Below are positions 25,423 to 27,616 of a stretch of 27,616 nucleotides of DNA, piece by piece. The first letter of the stretch is position 1. The number at the start of each line of letters is the position of its first letter. The DNA lies in IMG/VR virus record IMGVR_UViG_3300005611_000164, positions 1-27,616 of that record; one strand, given 5' to 3'. Both the position numbers and the translations under genes were made by a program. This DNA is from a virus. Lineage: Duplodnaviria > Caudoviricetes. Below the pieces are notes generated by a model, which saw nothing but the letters and a program-made list of their open reading frames with translations, had not been told where the DNA came from and made no database searches.

Positions 25423-26091
25423 TTATTCTTTTACGAGTTTGGTTGCCATAGGGAACACCTCTGCGATCACATGGGCACACGCCTTTGCTATTTCCATGTG
25501 TTCTTTTTGTGTTCCATTCGCACTTCGTAGTTCAATATAATGAATCCAAGACCTTAGAGTTCCATTCATATACATGCGAGACATAGTTAGTCCTTCTGGC
25601 AGGACTGCTCTTGCTTGTTCTTTTGCGATGCCGTTCTCAATCGCCCAACGATATGCTTTCCTTGCTTCGATGATTACTCTCTCTTGAGCAAGCACCCATT
25701 CTGTCTTTAGTTCTGTATCGTCAGTTTCGACTGAGTTTTGTCGGTTCTTATCGTCTTGTAATCTCGCTTCGCGGATTTCAAAGTCTAGGTCTTTTACAGG
25801 GTCAGCATAACGCTGACTGAACTCTTGAAATGAAAACGATCTATGCCGCAATATCTGTCGAGCAATGTCCCTTGTCGTTTCGATTTCGATACACGCAGAA
25901 ACCATTTCTAATGGTGACCAGTGGGCGTGTTTCACCAAATAGTTGATTAACTTTTCACTGGTTTCTGTGTTTAACTGATTGCTTGGATTTGATACCCTCG
26001 CACAATAAGCAATAAGTTCTTGTGCATCATCTACTCCCTGTTCTGCATATTCCTGAGTCGGGGTTGAAAAACTAATCAGTTTTACGTTCAC
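25423..26091 (-). CDS. thyX: flavin-dependent thymidylate synthase
   Basis: ARVS, HWSPLE, RHRSFSFQEFSQRY, KEQARAVLP, TQKEH; GTG start after AAGGA. Confidence 0.95.
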   Translation of the reverse strand: MNVKLISFSTPTQEYAEQGVDDAQELIAYCARVSNPSNQLNTETSEKLINYLVKHAHWSPLEMVSACIEIETTRDIARQILRHRSFSFQEFSQRYADPVKDLDFEIREARLQDDKNRQNSVETDDTELKTEWVLAQERVIIEARKAYRWAIENGIAKEQARAVLPEGLTMSRMYMNGTLRSWIHYIELRSANGTQKEHMEIAKACAHVIAEVFPMATKLVKE

Positions 26092-26102
26092 TAAACTTAT
26101 CC

Positions 26103-27122
26103 TTATATCTTTTTCCAATCTCGGATTGCGAGTCGCAATGCCAAGTCATGATGCGTGTTTTTATTTATTAAAGAGGTAATCTCTTGAGGTGTAAATCCTT
26201 CCAGTACCATATCATTAATATCTTTCGATTTGATATTTGATGGGTAGACAAATACAGAGAATCCCCACTTGCATGCCTTCTCGATCAATGCGATCAAGTC
26301 TTTGTTGCGGGGTTGATTATCGAACACCAGTGTGGTGTTTCCTTTGGGCAACATTCGCATTGCCTTCATCAAATCAGAACCACCACACGCTACTGCATTC
26401 GGAAGGAACATACTATCTATGGGTCCTTCCACCACAAAGATTCGTTCCAATGTGTCAATGGACTCGATATTATATATCAAGGGATCATTGTCTGTCAATC
26501 TAATGGTGACATATCGAGTTGGACTGCCAGTAATGGATCGACCCTGAACACCAATGAGTCTGCCATCGCGATTTCTAAAAGGTATAACAATGCGTTCATC
26601 GTTTAATAATCTTCCTTCATAAACATCAGGTCTGAGTTGCTCCAGTATGGAGTAATCATCAGTGTAATACAAATCTCTGAAACGTTCTTCTGGTATCTTA
26701 CGATTCAAGCAATAGAGAACCGCACGATGTCCAGATGGAAGTTCAGACAAAGGTATGGTATAATCAAGGAGTTTCCCCTGATCCTTGGTTTTAGGTTTGG
26801 GTGCAAAAGTTGGAGTATAGTCAAGGGTTGCGGTTTCCTTGCGAGTGCCACGTTCCTTGAATGTTTCCATCTTGTATTGCTGAAACAAATGTGGATCAAT
26901 CTGCTCGATGAGTTTACCCAACCCACCTGCGAATCCACAGTTGTGACATTTATAGACTAGACCGTTGTCGCCTTCAAACAGATAACCTCGCGACTTGTGT
27001 TTATTCTTGTGAGAATCTCCACAAACGGGACAACGAAAGTTGTATAGTTTATCTGTCTTTCTTGCGAAACGATCTAACTTGGGGGACAGGAGTCCGATGT
27101 ATTTGTGATCTATCCAAAGCAT
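26103..27122 (-). CDS. T4 gp61-like DNA primase
   Basis: NFRCPVCGDS...YKCHNC Zn finger; IPF...G.QGR; VEGPIDS; FDN.PRN; KDIND. Confidence 0.95.
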   Translation of the reverse strand: MLWIDHKYIGLLSPKLDRFARKTDKLYNFRCPVCGDSHKNKHKSRGYLFEGDNGLVYKCHNCGFAGGLGKLIEQIDPHLFQQYKMETFKERGTRKETATLDYTPTFAPKPKTKDQGKLLDYTIPLSELPSGHRAVLYCLNRKIPEERFRDLYYTDDYSILEQLRPDVYEGRLLNDERIVIPFRNRDGRLIGVQGRSITGSPTRYVTIRLTDNDPLIYNIESIDTLERIFVVEGPIDSMFLPNAVACGGSDLMKAMRMLPKGNTTLVFDNQPRNKDLIALIEKACKWGFSVFVYPSNIKSKDINDMVLEGFTPQEITSLINKNTHHDLALRLAIRDWKKI

Positions 27123-27128
27123 AGACCT

Positions 27129-27157
27129 ATTATACGGACTTAGTGATGGTTTGTCAA
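27129..27157 (-). promoter_or_regulatory. perfect sigma70-type promoter, probably giving a leaderless primase mRNA
   Basis: TTGACA (27157-27152), 17-nt spacer, TATAAT (27134-27129), 6 nt, ATG. Confidence 0.85.
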
Positions 27158-27462
27158 GAGAGCAAACCCATTAAATCTGTTGCCAACGCGACTAAAAAAC
27201 CAATAGCAGAAGCACCACCGACAACAACCCACTTCCAACGTTCAAGTTCAGACAAGCGGGCATCCATCTTTTCGTGATGAATCTTAGACTCTTCTTTCAT
27301 CTCTTTGATTTCTTTCATGATCTCTTTATGAGATGATGCGACTTCTTCGTAAAGTTCGTCTCTCAACGCTCCAATCCTTTTGTGCAAGGTTTCGTATTGG
27401 TCTTGTGCTTCCACTCTACGAGACTCTAGTAAATCAAATAAGTTAATGTTCGGGTCTGCCAT
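27154..27462 (-). CDS. coiled-coil protein with C-terminal TM helix (possible holin/XhlA-like)
   Basis: Heptad region, then RL..LERWKW+VVGG..AIGF; next to a spanin-like gene. Confidence 0.6.
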   Translation of the reverse strand: MADPNINLFDLLESRRVEAQDQYETLHKRIGALRDELYEEVASSHKEIMKEIKEMKEESKIHHEKMDARLSELERWKWVVVGGASAIGFLVALATDLMGLLS

Positions 27463-27466
27463 TTTC

Positions 27467-27616
27467 TTATTCTTCTAGTTTTGGTTCTGAATCTTTATTT
27501 AGGTCTGTGACACTTACAGCACGTTCGTAGTAAACAATGATTTCGGTTTGTTGGTTCAGATACCTACGGAGTTCTGCAATATTCAGTGCAAGGTTTTCGT
27601 AGTCCTTTACCGCAAG
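27467..27616 (-). CDS. 3' end of a probable spanin-like (Rz1/PseT.2-type) gene
   Basis: Manual translation ...LAVKDYENLALNIAELRRYLNQQTEIIVYYERAV...; partial gene. Confidence 0.5.
   Translation of the reverse strand, partial: LAVKDYENLALNIAELRRYLNQQTEIIVYYERAVSVTDLNKDSEPKLEE
27496..27503 (-). promoter_or_regulatory. possible late promoter variant (CCTAAATA)
   Basis: TAAATA core about 33 nt upstream of the ATG at 27462. Confidence 0.4.

Noticed and set aside
22396-26091. Introns or inteins in nrdA, nrdB or thyX
   Set aside because: All three read as continuous, compact ORFs with no intein or intron signatures.

Overview
A 27.6 kb segment of a T4-like (large myovirus-type) phage genome, probably aquatic. 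Genes are densely packed and essentially all on the minus strand; the + strand ORFs look like antisense shadows. Core genes are gp61 primase, thyX, nrdA, a glutaredoxin-nrdB fusion, rnh, a GroES-like co-chaperonin, a MazG-like NTP pyrophosphohydrolase and one tRNA-Arg(UCU), with sigma70-type early promoters and TATAAATA late promoters. Accessory content includes a 7-gene glycan synthesis operon, an APS kinase/HIGH-nucleotidyltransferase/sulfotransferase block, 2OG-Fe(II) oxygenases, a peroxiredoxin and an HNH endonuclease under hairpin/late-promoter control. The strongest candidate for a new system is an early-expressed pair of a minimal EcoRI-fold endonuclease and a Dam-family methyltransferase. 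Residue changes in both point to AATT, and the DNA itself strongly avoids AATT (about 25 sites by eye). Independently, RGCY is almost absent (1 site by eye). An exact 77-bp tandem duplication frameshifts the end of rnh and may be an assembly artifact. All motif counts are manual, and family calls come from motif recognition, not database searches.
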